Assembly: GCA_964252075.1 (NCBI GenBank)
Contig: CAXULY010000031.1
Coordinates: forward strand, 1-64,000
Source: an uncultured Deinococcaceae bacterium
Lineage (GTDB): Bacteria > Deinococcota > Deinococci > Deinococcales > Deinococcaceae
DNA: 64,000 bases
Reading direction: 5' to 3'
Part shown: positions 1 through 8,495 of the stretch, in pieces
How the letters are laid out: each line of letters starts with the position of its first letter
Position numbering within the stretch: the first letter of the stretch is position 1
The notes under the pieces: model-generated
What the model saw: only the letters and a program-made list of their open reading frames with translations
Told to the model about the DNA's origin: nothing
Databases searched by the model: none
Made by a program: the position numbers and the translations under genes

Positions 1-122
1 TGTGTAGGGGGAGCATCGCTGCACCTTTTCTGCTCGCGCGAAGGAAACGCGGACTGTCCGTACTCTAGGCGTTGGAAGGGACTCGGAAAGTTCAGACACG
101 GGGATTGCGGATGAGGTACGTC

Positions 123-154
123 AAGAGGCCCAGGCGGATGCGCCTGGGCCTCTT
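123..154. terminator. Hairpin, probable bidirectional terminator
   Basis: aagaggcccaggcg-gatg-cgcctgggcctctt, perfect 14-bp stem just past the XRE stop. Confidence 0.7.
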
Positions 155-164
155 CCTTTGCCCC

Positions 165-404
165 TCACGCCTTCGCCGGTTCCGAGTCTTCCCGCTCTTG
201 CTTAGGAATTGCGACCAGCTCGAGCCCCAAGGCGTCGAGCACCCGTTGCCAATTCTCCGGCACCTTCCCCACGTTCCCGTTGAGCAGTTTCGCTAATGCG
301 GGCTGTGTGAGGCCTGTCTCTTCGGCGAGACGCGTTTGCGTAACTCTGCGCCGCTTCATCGCCTCTTTGACGGTGCCGCGCACCTTCTCGTTCATTCCGG
401 TCAT
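165..404 (-). CDS. XRE/Cro-CI family HTH repressor (79 aa)
   Basis: VTQTRLAEETGLTQPALAKLLNG HTH_3 pattern; GGAGG RBS upstream of ATG 404. Confidence 0.85.
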   Translation of the reverse strand: MTGMNEKVRGTVKEAMKRRRVTQTRLAEETGLTQPALAKLLNGNVGKVPENWQRVLDALGLELVAIPKQEREDSEPAKA

Positions 405-420
405 CGTATCACCCTCCAAA

Positions 421-463
421 AGTATAGCAAGGTTTGACATGATATTGCAAATACTGCTATACT
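421..463. promoter_or_regulatory. Overlapping divergent sigma70 promoters
   Basis: Plus strand TTGACA(434)-18-TATACT(458); minus strand TTGCAA(450)-18-TATACT(426); 9-bp inverted repeat agtatagca/tgctatact. Confidence 0.75.
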
Positions 464-538
464 CAAGACACCAAAAAGCCCCGCCAGAACTTAGCGGGGA
501 CCGGTAGGGGCTTTTTGGAACACCCAATGGAGGGCTAC

Positions 539-997
539 ATGTCAGTGTACGACACGACCAGCAGCAGCACCCCGAAGATCCTCTGCCCCGACGGCACCTA
601 CACCTACCACAAGGTGCAGGCGTTCGGCCCCAGCACCCTCACCACGGTCACCGTGCACGACGGTTACCTCTTCAGCTACATCGTCGGCGACGAGTGGGTC
701 GAGGAAGCACCCACCGACGTGCTGCCCATGATCGAAGCGCAGGTGCTCGCCGAGCTGGCCCTGTACCTCCGCCTCGGTGCCGCCACCCGCCAGCCGGACC
801 CGGAGCCCGCACCCACCGTCGGGAAGGTCGCGGGCCGCGCGCTCCACATCGCGCTGGGCCACCTGGGCGTGCAGGACCACTACGCGTTCACCGCGCGCCT
901 CCTGAACCGCCGCGTGCTCAGCCTTGCCGCGCTCACCCACGCCGAGTTCCAGCGGGTCCACGCCGCGATTCACGCGCAACCGGAGGTGGCCGCATGA
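539..997 (+). CDS. Hypothetical protein; C-terminus weakly resembles GemA/DUF1018
   Basis: GGAGG RBS; ATGA overlap with next gene; LHIALGHLGVQDHYAF...SLAALTHAEFQRV segment. Confidence 0.7.
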   Translation: MSVYDTTSSSTPKILCPDGTYTYHKVQAFGPSTLTTVTVHDGYLFSYIVGDEWVEEAPTDVLPMIEAQVLAELALYLRLGAATRQPDPEPAPTVGKVAGRALHIALGHLGVQDHYAFTARLLNRRVLSLAALTHAEFQRVHAAIHAQPEVAA

Positions 998-1335
998 AGC
1001 GCCAGACCCTGCCCCTCTTGGGCGAGTGCGAGGGCTGTGGAGCTTCGAACGCGCTGCTCAACGCCCGCACCGGCCAGCACTATTGCGCCGCCTGTGCCAG
1101 CAAGGACATCCTCTACAACACTCAGGCCACCGCCCTGAAGGACCTGCTGACCGAAGTGATGCTCGCGTGGGGTTACACGTGGAGTGGCTCGTTCACGCGC
1201 GAGGAGCTGGAGGAGATCGTCTGGGAGGCGAAGGGCGAGGCGTTCGTCACCTTCAAGCGGCAGATCGCGAGCGACTACGCTGATGACACCCAGGAGGATG
1301 TTCAACCCGTCCCCCTCCACGGCGCCGCGGACTGA
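994..1335 (+). CDS. Small putative zinc-finger protein
   Basis: CEGC...CAAC pairs; translationally coupled (ATGA) with GGAGG RBS. Confidence 0.7.
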   Translation: MKRQTLPLLGECEGCGASNALLNARTGQHYCAACASKDILYNTQATALKDLLTEVMLAWGYTWSGSFTREELEEIVWEAKGEAFVTFKRQIASDYADDTQEDVQPVPLHGAAD

Positions 1336-1345
1336 GTAGCTGACC

Positions 1346-1373
1346 GCTGGCCCGCCTGACCGGGCGGGCCAGC
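1346..1373 (+). terminator. GC-rich hairpin upstream of the replicase
   Basis: gctggcccgcc-tgaccg-ggcgggccagc; no U tract. Confidence 0.45.
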
Positions 1374-1417
1374 TCCTCACGCCCGGTTAAACCCTCACGC
1401 CCTCTGTTTCGGAGGGC

Positions 1418-2476
1418 GTGAGTCCTGCATGCCGGTTCGGAGGCGCCTTGCTCCACACGTCCGTACCGTACCAGCACTTCCTGGCGTCCCTGCCCCGCCG
1501 TCCTTACGCCACCGACGACTTCAGCCAGGGCCTGTACCACCTCAGCCAGCCCGAAGCCCTCGCGAGCCGCTACATTCAGCCAGACCGGCCGTACCAGGCA
1601 GCGTGGCTGAAGTTCGACCTCGACCACCCAGAGGCAGGCGCCGCGTGGATTGACCACGACCTGCCCCCACCGAACCTCCTCATCACCAACCCCGCGAGCG
1701 GTCGGGCGCACTACCTGTACGGCCTCGCCACGCCCGTGGTGACGTCCGTAAACGGGCGCACCGCCCCGATCAAACTCCTGGCCGCCGTTGAGGCTGGGCT
1801 GAGCCGTGGCCTGCAGGCTGACCCCGCCTACACGTCCTTGATCTGCAAGAACCCGCTGCACCCGTCCTGGCACACCACGGTCCTCTCCGAACGGCTGTAC
1901 GAGCTGGCGGAACTCCTGGAGGCCGTGCCCCGTGGTGGCGTCCAGCGGGCTCCGGAGCGGCAGGAGTGGGTGGGGTACTCGCGGAACATGGATCTCTTCA
2001 ACGCCACGCGCCACTGGGCGTACCAGCACGCGGGGAAGGCCCGCGCCGCCGGTGACTTCGACCGCTGGCTGGCCGCCGTGCTCGCTCGTGCCTGCCAACT
2101 GAACGCCTTCGGCCATCCCTTGCCCTTGGCCGAGGTTCGCTCGACCGCCCGGTCTGTTGCCCGCTGGACGTGGCGGAACGCGACCGTCTTCAACACCTCA
2201 CCGCTGGGGGGCATCAAGCGCAGCAAGGTCAAGTCCCGCGACCGCCCGCTTCTGTTACAGAGCGACGCTCAAAGGCGCGAACAGGAGGGGGCAGAACACA
2301 CGGCGAGGGTCAAGCGGTCGCGCACCTTCGACGCCCTCAGCGCAGCCGTGGCGCAGCTGGCAGAGCAGGGGAACACGCAGCCCACGAAGACACAGGTCGC
2401 GGCCATTGCTGGTGTCTCCACAGAGACGGTCAAGCGGTGGTGGAGGGAGCAAAAGGCGGGGGAAGGGAAGCACTGA
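1418..2476 (+). CDS. repA: ColE2/pAL5000-type replicase (primase domain + PriCT + C-terminal HTH)
   Basis: WLKFDLD, PPPN..ITNPASGRAHYLY, ADPAY...KNPLHPSW, LPLAEVRSTARSVARWTW, terminal HTH QVAAIAGVSTETVKRW. Confidence 0.9.
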   Translation: MSPACRFGGALLHTSVPYQHFLASLPRRPYATDDFSQGLYHLSQPEALASRYIQPDRPYQAAWLKFDLDHPEAGAAWIDHDLPPPNLLITNPASGRAHYLYGLATPVVTSVNGRTAPIKLLAAVEAGLSRGLQADPAYTSLICKNPLHPSWHTTVLSERLYELAELLEAVPRGGVQRAPERQEWVGYSRNMDLFNATRHWAYQHAGKARAAGDFDRWLAAVLARACQLNAFGHPLPLAEVRSTARSVARWTWRNATVFNTSPLGGIKRSKVKSRDRPLLLQSDAQRREQEGAEHTARVKRSRTFDALSAAVAQLAEQGNTQPTKTQVAAIAGVSTETVKRWWREQKAGEGKH

Positions 2477-2478
2477 GG

Positions 2479-2503
2479 GAGGGTTATCTGAAACCACCCC
2501 TAA
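2479..2503 (+). repeat. 25-bp direct repeat copy 1, putative ColE2-like origin
   Basis: gagggttatctgaaaccacccctaa directly after the repA stop; reverse strand contains TCAGATAA. Confidence 0.7.
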
Positions 2504-2557
2504 TGTTCCCCCTCCCCCTGCTCCACCATGCGAACTGGCTGGTCACGTCCCGGCGCC

Positions 2558-2587
2558 TTGACAGGCAAGTGGTGGCTTGCCTAATCT
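2558..2587 (+). promoter_or_regulatory. Leaderless promoter with ArsR-type palindromic operator
   Basis: TTGACA...TAATCT, 6 nt before GTG 2594; aggcaag-N6-cttgcct inverted repeat between -35 and -10. Confidence 0.75.
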
Positions 2588-2593
2588 GAGCGC

Positions 2594-2881
2594 GTGGCCG
2601 ACCTGTTCGAAGCGCTCGCCACCCCCACCCGGCGCGCCATCCTCGACGCCCTCCGCGAGCGGGACGGTCAGACGCTGTTCGAACTCTGCGCCCGCCTCGC
2701 CCTGCACCACGAACTGACCCTCACCCGACAGGCGGTCTCCCAGCACCTCGCGGTGCTCGAATCCGTCGGGCTCCTCACCACCCGGCGTGAAGGTCGGTAC
2801 AAATACCACCACCTCGACACCACGCCGCTCCACGCCATCGTGGACCGGTGGCTGCACGCACCCTCAGGAGGAGAGCCATGA
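2594..2881 (+). CDS. ArsR/SmtB family transcriptional regulator
   Basis: FEALATPTRRAIL...TRQAVSQHLAVLESVGL...REGRYKYH. Confidence 0.9.
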   Translation: MADLFEALATPTRRAILDALRERDGQTLFELCARLALHHELTLTRQAVSQHLAVLESVGLLTTRREGRYKYHHLDTTPLHAIVDRWLHAPSGGEP

Positions 2882-3264
2882 AGATCGTGCTGACGAATGT
2901 GTTCGTGGACGACCAGGAGAAGGCGCTTCGGTTCTACACCGACACCCTCGGCTTCGAACCAAAGCATGACATTCCCCTCGGGACGTACCGGTGGCTCACC
3001 CTGGTGTCCTCGGGCGACACAGACGGAGTGGAACTGCTGCTGGAACCCGACCAGCATCCCGCCGTTCCGCCGTTCAAGCGCGCCCTGGTGGAAGACGGCA
3101 TTCCGTACGCCTCCTTCGACGTGCCGGACGTTCAGGCAGAGTACGACCGGCTGCAGCGCCTGGGGGTTCAGTTCACGCAGCCACCCGTGAACATGGGGCC
3201 CGTCACGACGGCGGTGCTGGACGACACATGCGGCAACCTCATCCAGATCACGCAACGGCACTGA
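2878..3264 (+). CDS. VOC/glyoxalase family protein
   Basis: VFVDDQEKALRFYTDTLGF...DDTCGNLIQI; ATGA coupling to arsR. Confidence 0.9.
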   Translation: MKIVLTNVFVDDQEKALRFYTDTLGFEPKHDIPLGTYRWLTLVSSGDTDGVELLLEPDQHPAVPPFKRALVEDGIPYASFDVPDVQAEYDRLQRLGVQFTQPPVNMGPVTTAVLDDTCGNLIQITQRH

Positions 3265-3287
3265 GGGTGATCTGATACCACCCCTAA
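3263..3287 (+). repeat. 25-bp direct repeat copy 2
   Basis: gagggtgatctgataccacccctaa, 23/25 identical to 2479-2503. Confidence 0.75.
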
Positions 3288-3322
3288 CTGCATACCCTTT
3301 CCTGAGTCACGCTACGGGGACC

Positions 3323-3754
3323 ATGCTCAACCTTCGCCGCATGGGCCTCACGGCCCTGGTCCTCGCCGGTACCGCCCTCGCCCAGCCCGCCACGACCAGC
3401 AGCAACGCCAACCTCCGCGCGCAACCCAGCACGGCCGCACCGATCCTCACCGTCATCCCTCAGGGCACCGTCCTCGACGTGACGTGCTCAGGCGCCTGGT
3501 GCAAGGTGAACACCCGCGCCGGGTACCTCGCGAAGAGCGTCCTGAACCTCGCGCAGATCCAGCCGCTCCCGGCCCCCGCCCGGGTGCAGGGGGACGGGTA
3601 CACGAATGTGGACGGCGTGCATGTGCAGAGCCCGGTATTCACGGAAACGGCCCCGGCAGGCGCGAGCGCGAAGTGCCGGGATGGCAGCTACAGCTTCTCC
3701 CTGCACCGCCGCGGCACCTGCAGCCACCACGGCGGCGTGGCCGAGTGGCTGTAA
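3323..3754 (+). CDS. Secreted SH3 + DUF3761 domain protein
   Basis: Signal peptide; ANLRAQPST...WCKV SH3b; CRDGSYSFSLHRRGTCSHHGGV. Confidence 0.85.
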   Translation: MLNLRRMGLTALVLAGTALAQPATTSSNANLRAQPSTAAPILTVIPQGTVLDVTCSGAWCKVNTRAGYLAKSVLNLAQIQPLPAPARVQGDGYTNVDGVHVQSPVFTETAPAGASAKCRDGSYSFSLHRRGTCSHHGGVAEWL

Positions 3755-3826
3755 CGCTCCCTCCACACGTGACCGGTAGGTATGCTCATGGGCAGCTTGA
3801 CCCCAGATCCAATCACGGAGGAGCGC

Positions 3827-4276
3827 ATGCCTCAATTCAGATTGACCGCCCCTGGCCCCTACGGCGCCCAGCAGCTGCAGCGGTGGAAGTACTCGCAGGT
3901 CCTCGAGGTGGACGGCCGCGTGGACATCTCCGGTCAGGGCGGCTCCCACCCGGACACCCTGGACTACCCCGAGGGCGTGCCGCTCGAAACTGAAATTGAA
4001 CGCGCCTTCGACAAGGTAACGGCCCTGCTCGCCTCGGTGGGACTGGATTGGTCGCACGTCGCGGCCGTCGACACCTTCCACGTACCGGAGCCGGACGGGT
4101 TCATCGGGGCGTCCAGTCGGGAAGTGTCACGGCAGTTCGAGACGCGCATGCCGCACCACAAGCCCATCTGGACCGCGTTGGGTGTGGTGGTGCTGGCGGT
4201 GCCACGGATGCGCTTTGAGGTGCGTGTGGTCGCCTTCCGCGACGGGCACCTACCGCCATCAGCGCCTGACCTATAA
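3827..4276 (+). CDS. Rid/YjgF family protein
   Basis: YSQVLEVDGRVDISGQGG...PIWTALGV...MRFEVRVVA; GGAGGAG RBS. Confidence 0.8.
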   Translation: MPQFRLTAPGPYGAQQLQRWKYSQVLEVDGRVDISGQGGSHPDTLDYPEGVPLETEIERAFDKVTALLASVGLDWSHVAAVDTFHVPEPDGFIGASSREVSRQFETRMPHHKPIWTALGVVVLAVPRMRFEVRVVAFRDGHLPPSAPDL

Positions 4277-4384
4277 CTGCCACTCTGCCACGAAATGCTT
4301 TTCCTGCGCTGGGCGCCACTGTATTTCCTGGCAAGGCCAAAATGCCACCCAATCAACGCTGCCACCCATCGGCGACAATGGGGC

Positions 4385-5734
4385 ATGGCGAAGAAGGCGG
4401 AGGGAACCCGCAAGCCCAAGGGGCGCGGCAACGGGCAGGGCACCGTGTGGGAAGTCCGGAAAGGCGTGTGGCGCTGGCAGGTCACGCTCGGCTACAAGCC
4501 CGACGGCAAGCGCATCACCGCCTCTGGAACAGAGGGCAGCAAGGGCGCCGCCGTCGCCGCCGTGAGCACCGCCCAAACCGACCACAGCCGCGGACTCCTC
4601 GCCGCCCCCGAGCACACCACCGTCAGCGAGTACGCCGAGAAGTGGCTCGCCCGGCAGCACCAGCTGCGCCCAAACAGCGTCACCCTCTATCGCGTCGAAC
4701 TCAATTACGCCCTTGAGGTCATCGGCGCGAAGAAGGTCAAGGACGTGCGCCCGCAGCACATCAAGGACCTCCTCGCGCACCTCGCCCGGCGCTCCATGAA
4801 GAGCCAGCGGGGCAAGGACGGCACCGGCCGCACCATGGCGCCCCGCACGCAGGCGAAAGTCCTCACGCGGCTCCGCACCCTCTTCCGTGAGGCGGTCGCC
4901 GATCAGATCATCTACGTGAGCCCCATGGACGCCGTCAAGAAACCTAAGACCACCCTGCCGGAGTCCGCCGGGCTGGTGCTGGACTTCGGGGAGGCGGCGC
5001 GCCTGCAGGAACTCGGCATGGCGCTGCAGGACGCTGGGCTCGCCCGCCTCTTCCCCGCCCTCTTCACGGCCGTGGGGGTGGGCTTGAGGCGCGGAGAGGT
5101 GATGGGCCTCACGTGGGATCACCTGGACCTCGACGCGGGCCTGATGCGCGTCCGTCGGCAGCTCACCTCCCGTGGTGAGACGAGCAGGCCGACACTCGCG
5201 GACCTCAAGACGCCCCATTCCCGCCGTGACATTCACCTCCCCAGGAGCCTCGTGGCGGCGCTCCACCAGCATCAGGCGCACCAGCAGGCGGAGGCCCAGC
5301 AAATGGGCTGGACGTGGCGCCCGGATGGGCCCGTGTTCGCGACCGCGCAGGGGGACTGGACGCACCCGGACAACCTGAAGCGCGCCCTGACGAACATCGT
5401 GGCGTGGTCGGACCCCAAGACCTTCGAGAGGCGCGCGCGGTACATCCGCGGCTCCGTCCCACCGGAGAAGGTGGCACGGCTGGAGGCGGCCGTCCGTGCA
5501 GGCACCAAACTCCCTGATGTCACGCCGCACGACCTGAGGCACACCTACGCCACCCTGGCGTTGCGCCGTCGGGTGCCGGTCGAGGTGGTCAGCAAGACCC
5601 TCGGACATGCGCGGGTCAGCATCACGCTCGACATCTACCGTCACGTGCTGGACAGCGAGCGGAAGGAGCATGTGGTGGATCTGTTCGAAGCGCCCGTGCC
5701 GGACCGTCAGGTGGTCGCGCGGATGCCGAACTGA
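4385..5734 (+). CDS. int: Tyrosine recombinase / phage-type integrase
   Basis: RGNGQGTV N-terminal arm-binding region; catalytic motifs GLRRGE, LKT, HDLRH, LGH, LDIY. Confidence 0.95.
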   Translation: MAKKAEGTRKPKGRGNGQGTVWEVRKGVWRWQVTLGYKPDGKRITASGTEGSKGAAVAAVSTAQTDHSRGLLAAPEHTTVSEYAEKWLARQHQLRPNSVTLYRVELNYALEVIGAKKVKDVRPQHIKDLLAHLARRSMKSQRGKDGTGRTMAPRTQAKVLTRLRTLFREAVADQIIYVSPMDAVKKPKTTLPESAGLVLDFGEAARLQELGMALQDAGLARLFPALFTAVGVGLRRGEVMGLTWDHLDLDAGLMRVRRQLTSRGETSRPTLADLKTPHSRRDIHLPRSLVAALHQHQAHQQAEAQQMGWTWRPDGPVFATAQGDWTHPDNLKRALTNIVAWSDPKTFERRARYIRGSVPPEKVARLEAAVRAGTKLPDVTPHDLRHTYATLALRRRVPVEVVSKTLGHARVSITLDIYRHVLDSERKEHVVDLFEAPVPDRQVVARMPN

Positions 5735-5738
5735 GGAC

Positions 5739-5760
5739 CTACTACACGCCTACTACACGC
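5739..5760 (+). repeat. Tandem 11-bp direct repeat, probable integrase arm-type sites
   Basis: ctactacacgc x2 between the int stop and the tRNA 3' end. Confidence 0.65.
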
Positions 5761-5794
5761 GTGAGGCAAAACCTCGTGAGACGCCCACCAATGC

Positions 5795-5829
5795 AAAAGA
5801 AAGAACCCCGTCTGGGACGGGGTTTTCTT

Positions 5830-5830
<1 letters not shown>
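5795..5830 (-). terminator. Intrinsic terminator after tRNA-Ile (bidirectional)
   Basis: aaccccgtc/gacggggtt stem flanked by A and T tracts. Confidence 0.75.
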
Positions 5831-5906
<76 letters not shown>

Positions 5907-5917
5907 AGGCGACCGCT

Positions 5918-5946
5918 AGGTTAGCAAAGGCCTGCGGGGGTGTCAA
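5918..5946 (-). promoter_or_regulatory. tRNA promoter
   Basis: TTGACA-17-TAACCT on the minus strand. Confidence 0.7.
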
Positions 5947-5967
5947 CCGCCAGGCGATGCGGGCGGC

Positions 5968-6174
5968 TCACGCGGAAGCGAGGGCCCGCAGGGCGTCGGT
6001 GCTGGCGGGTCCCTCGAAACGGCCGCGAAGGTACAGGTCGTGGACGGCGCGCGCGCCGAGCAGGGTCTTGACTTGCGTGATGGTCCATTCGGCGCTGCGG
6101 GCGCCGCACTGGACGCGGACGCGGTCGGTGGTGCCTGGAACCCAGCGGCAGAGCGTGGCGAGGGATGACAGCAT
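5968..6174 (-). CDS. Small hypothetical protein (68 aa)
   Basis: Strong AGGAGGTG RBS; GC3-biased codons. Confidence 0.65.
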   Translation of the reverse strand: MLSSLATLCRWVPGTTDRVRVQCGARSAEWTITQVKTLLGARAVHDLYLRGRFEGPASTDALRALASA

Positions 6175-6453
6175 GACGCACCTCCTGAGGTGGGGGTAGA
6201 GGGGCGAGGTGACGCGGGAACAGGCAGGCTGTAGGGATTGCTCACTGATCGTACTTGATCAGACGAGCCGAGTGTTAGTGAAAAAGCCTCAATTATGCAG
6301 AAAATGAAGGCGTTCTTAAGGAATGGACGCCTTCATTTTACACATTGTTACGATTTTTCGTTACAATAGACAAATTAGAACGTCCAAGCGAACCTTATAG
6401 CCAACCAGTTTGTCCTGTTAGAGCGATGAAGAGAACACAGCAATGCGCTTTCG

Positions 6454-7251
6454 TTAAAGTGGTGGGCTGAACCGGCCATCCATGCTGGTCCACCCCCCAT
6501 CCACGAACAGTATGGTGCCCGTCACGTAAGAAGCGGCGTCCGAGGCAAGGTACACCACGGCGCCCGCCAACTCGTGTGGCTTGCCCCAGCGACCGAACAC
6601 CGTCTTGCGGGCGTAGGCGTCGTACCACTCGGCGTTCTGCCGAATAGGCTCCGTGAGCGGTGTATCAATCACACCTGGGCCAATGGCGTTGGCGCGGACG
6701 CCCTTCGGCCCAAGTTCGCTGGCGAGGCCGCGCAGGAGTTGCAGGGTGCCCGCCTTGGTGGCGGCGTACACGCTCTGGCCGGGCTCGACCACGAGGGAGC
6801 GCACGGACGAGAAGGCGATCAGGCTGCCGCCCCCGCCGTCCGCCATGGCGCGCCCCGCGCTTTGCAGGAGGTTGAAGGTGCCGCCCATGTTCACGCGCAG
6901 CACCCGGTCGAACTCCTCGGGCGTGTAGTCGAGGAGCGGCTTGCGGACGTTGATGCTGGGGCTGCTCACCCCAATGTCGAGGCGGCTGTGCACCTGCAGG
7001 ATGTTCGCCACCGCGTCCCTGACCGCCGCCGCGTCGGTGAGGTCCAGGGCGATGGCCTCTGCCGCGTACCCGGCGTCCGTAATGGCCTGCGCTGTGCGCT
7101 CGGCGCCCTCCCTGTTCAGGTCCGCCACGATCACATGCGCGCCGTTCGCGGCGAGGGCCTCGGCGCCCGCCGCCCCAATGCCGCTGCCGCCCCCAACCAC
7201 CAGGGCTACCTTGCCGTCCAGCCGGAACATCCTCGCGTAATCCATGGTCAT
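6454..7251 (-). CDS. SDR family oxidoreductase
   Basis: GGGSGIG, YAATK, GTILFVDGG. Confidence 0.9.
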   Translation of the reverse strand: MTMDYARMFRLDGKVALVVGGGSGIGAAGAEALAANGAHVIVADLNREGAERTAQAITDAGYAAEAIALDLTDAAAVRDAVANILQVHSRLDIGVSSPSINVRKPLLDYTPEEFDRVLRVNMGGTFNLLQSAGRAMADGGGGSLIAFSSVRSLVVEPGQSVYAATKAGTLQLLRGLASELGPKGVRANAIGPGVIDTPLTEPIRQNAEWYDAYARKTVFGRWGKPHELAGAVVYLASDAASYVTGTILFVDGGWTSMDGRFSPPL

Positions 7252-7286
7252 GTTCGTCTCCCCATTTCGTGGTGTGCTGGATTGTT

Positions 7287-8495
7287 TCAGTCCTCGCGCT
7301 GAAGGAACAGCACCGCCGCCGCCGCGTACGCGCGCGCCGCTGCGACCATCTGCGACACGGACACCCACTCGTCCCTCTGGTGCGGGATGTGGCGGTCGCC
7401 CGGCCCGATCGTCACGATGGGCACGCCGCCCCAGGCGCTCAGGAAAGTGCCGTCCGTCGCGCCCGGCACGCCCCCATACCGCACGGGCTGGTCGGTCAAT
7501 TTCAAGGCCCCCTGCACCGCCCGCACGATGGGCGCGTCCGGTGGGGTTTCGGTGGCAGGGCGGTCCTCGAACACGTCCAGCGCTGCCGTAATGCCGGGGA
7601 AGGCCACGAGTGTGGCCGTCAGGTGTGCCTGCATCTGCGCGCTCAGGGCGGCGTGGTCCACGCCCGGCACGGTCCGCACGTCCAGGCCGACGCGGCAGGT
7701 GCCGGGAATCACGTTGTTCTGCCCCGGCCCGGCACTCGCCTCGAAGACGGTGGGCGTCACGTACACCTCGCCCAGCACCGGGTGCTGCACTTGCGCCTGC
7801 GCGATGGCGGGCAGCCCACTGACGAAGGCAGCAGCGGCAGGAATCGGATTTGCCCCGGCATACGGCATCGCGCCGTGCGCCATGCGGCCCGTGAAGTTCA
7901 CCCAGGCGCGCAGGGCGCCCTTCTGCACGAGGCACACCTCGTTCTCCTCCGGTTCGCAGATGATGGCGCCCGCGAAGCCCGCAGCAAAACCCCCGCGCAC
8001 GAAGGCCTTGACGCCCAGCATGAGGCCCTCCTCGTCGCACAGGATGGCGAGGCGCAGGCGGCGGTGCGGCTCGGGCAGCACCGAGCGCACCGCGATGGCG
8101 GCAGCGATGGCGGCGGCGAGGCCCGCCTTCATGTCGGCGCTGCCGCGCCCGTGCAGCACGTCTCCCTCGATGCGCCCCTCGAAGGGCGGCACGAGCCACG
8201 CGCCCGCGTCACCTACGGACACCACGTCCGTGTGCCCCTCCAGGATCAGGCCGCCGTCGCCACTCCCGAGGTCTGCGATGAGGTTCGGGCGGTTCGGCGC
8301 GACCTCCTGGCGCGTCACGGTGAAGCCACGATCGCGCAGGTAGGCTTCCAGCAGGTCAGCGGCGGCAGCCTCACCGGGCTCGGGCGCCTGGGTATCGAGT
8401 TGCACGAGCTTTTGGGCGAGGTCCGTGAGGGCCGCCGCGTCCACAGCTTTCGCCGCACGGCGGGCGAGGTCGGTCAGGGCTTCAGGCTTACTCAT
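7287..8495 (-). CDS. M20 family metallopeptidase/deacylase (ArgE/DapE-like)
   Basis: EGHTDVV, GRGSADMK, DEE, CEP, GATD, PHQRDE. Confidence 0.9.
   Translation of the reverse strand: MSKPEALTDLARRAAKAVDAAALTDLAQKLVQLDTQAPEPGEAAAADLLEAYLRDRGFTVTRQEVAPNRPNLIADLGSGDGGLILEGHTDVVSVGDAGAWLVPPFEGRIEGDVLHGRGSADMKAGLAAAIAAAIAVRSVLPEPHRRLRLAILCDEEGLMLGVKAFVRGGFAAGFAGAIICEPEENEVCLVQKGALRAWVNFTGRMAHGAMPYAGANPIPAAAAFVSGLPAIAQAQVQHPVLGEVYVTPTVFEASAGPGQNNVIPGTCRVGLDVRTVPGVDHAALSAQMQAHLTATLVAFPGITAALDVFEDRPATETPPDAPIVRAVQGALKLTDQPVRYGGVPGATDGTFLSAWGGVPIVTIGPGDRHIPHQRDEWVSVSQMVAAARAYAAAAVLFLQRED

Larger units (their letters stand above)
1..5829. mobile_element. Integrative element (integrated plasmid or satellite-like) at tRNA-Ile 3' end; left boundary lies outside the window
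   Basis: Tyrosine integrase next to the tRNA 3' end, XRE repressor, ColE2-type replicase and accessory cargo; no second att copy seen in the window. Confidence 0.85.

Noticed and set aside
1..160. Possible second att site (duplicate of tRNA-Ile 3' end)
   Set aside because: No match to tggtgcggaagggccg is present, so the element boundary is not in the window
6454..8199. 581-aa SDR ORF
   Set aside because: The N-terminal extension is an alternate frame of the M20 gene; the real start is ATG 7251
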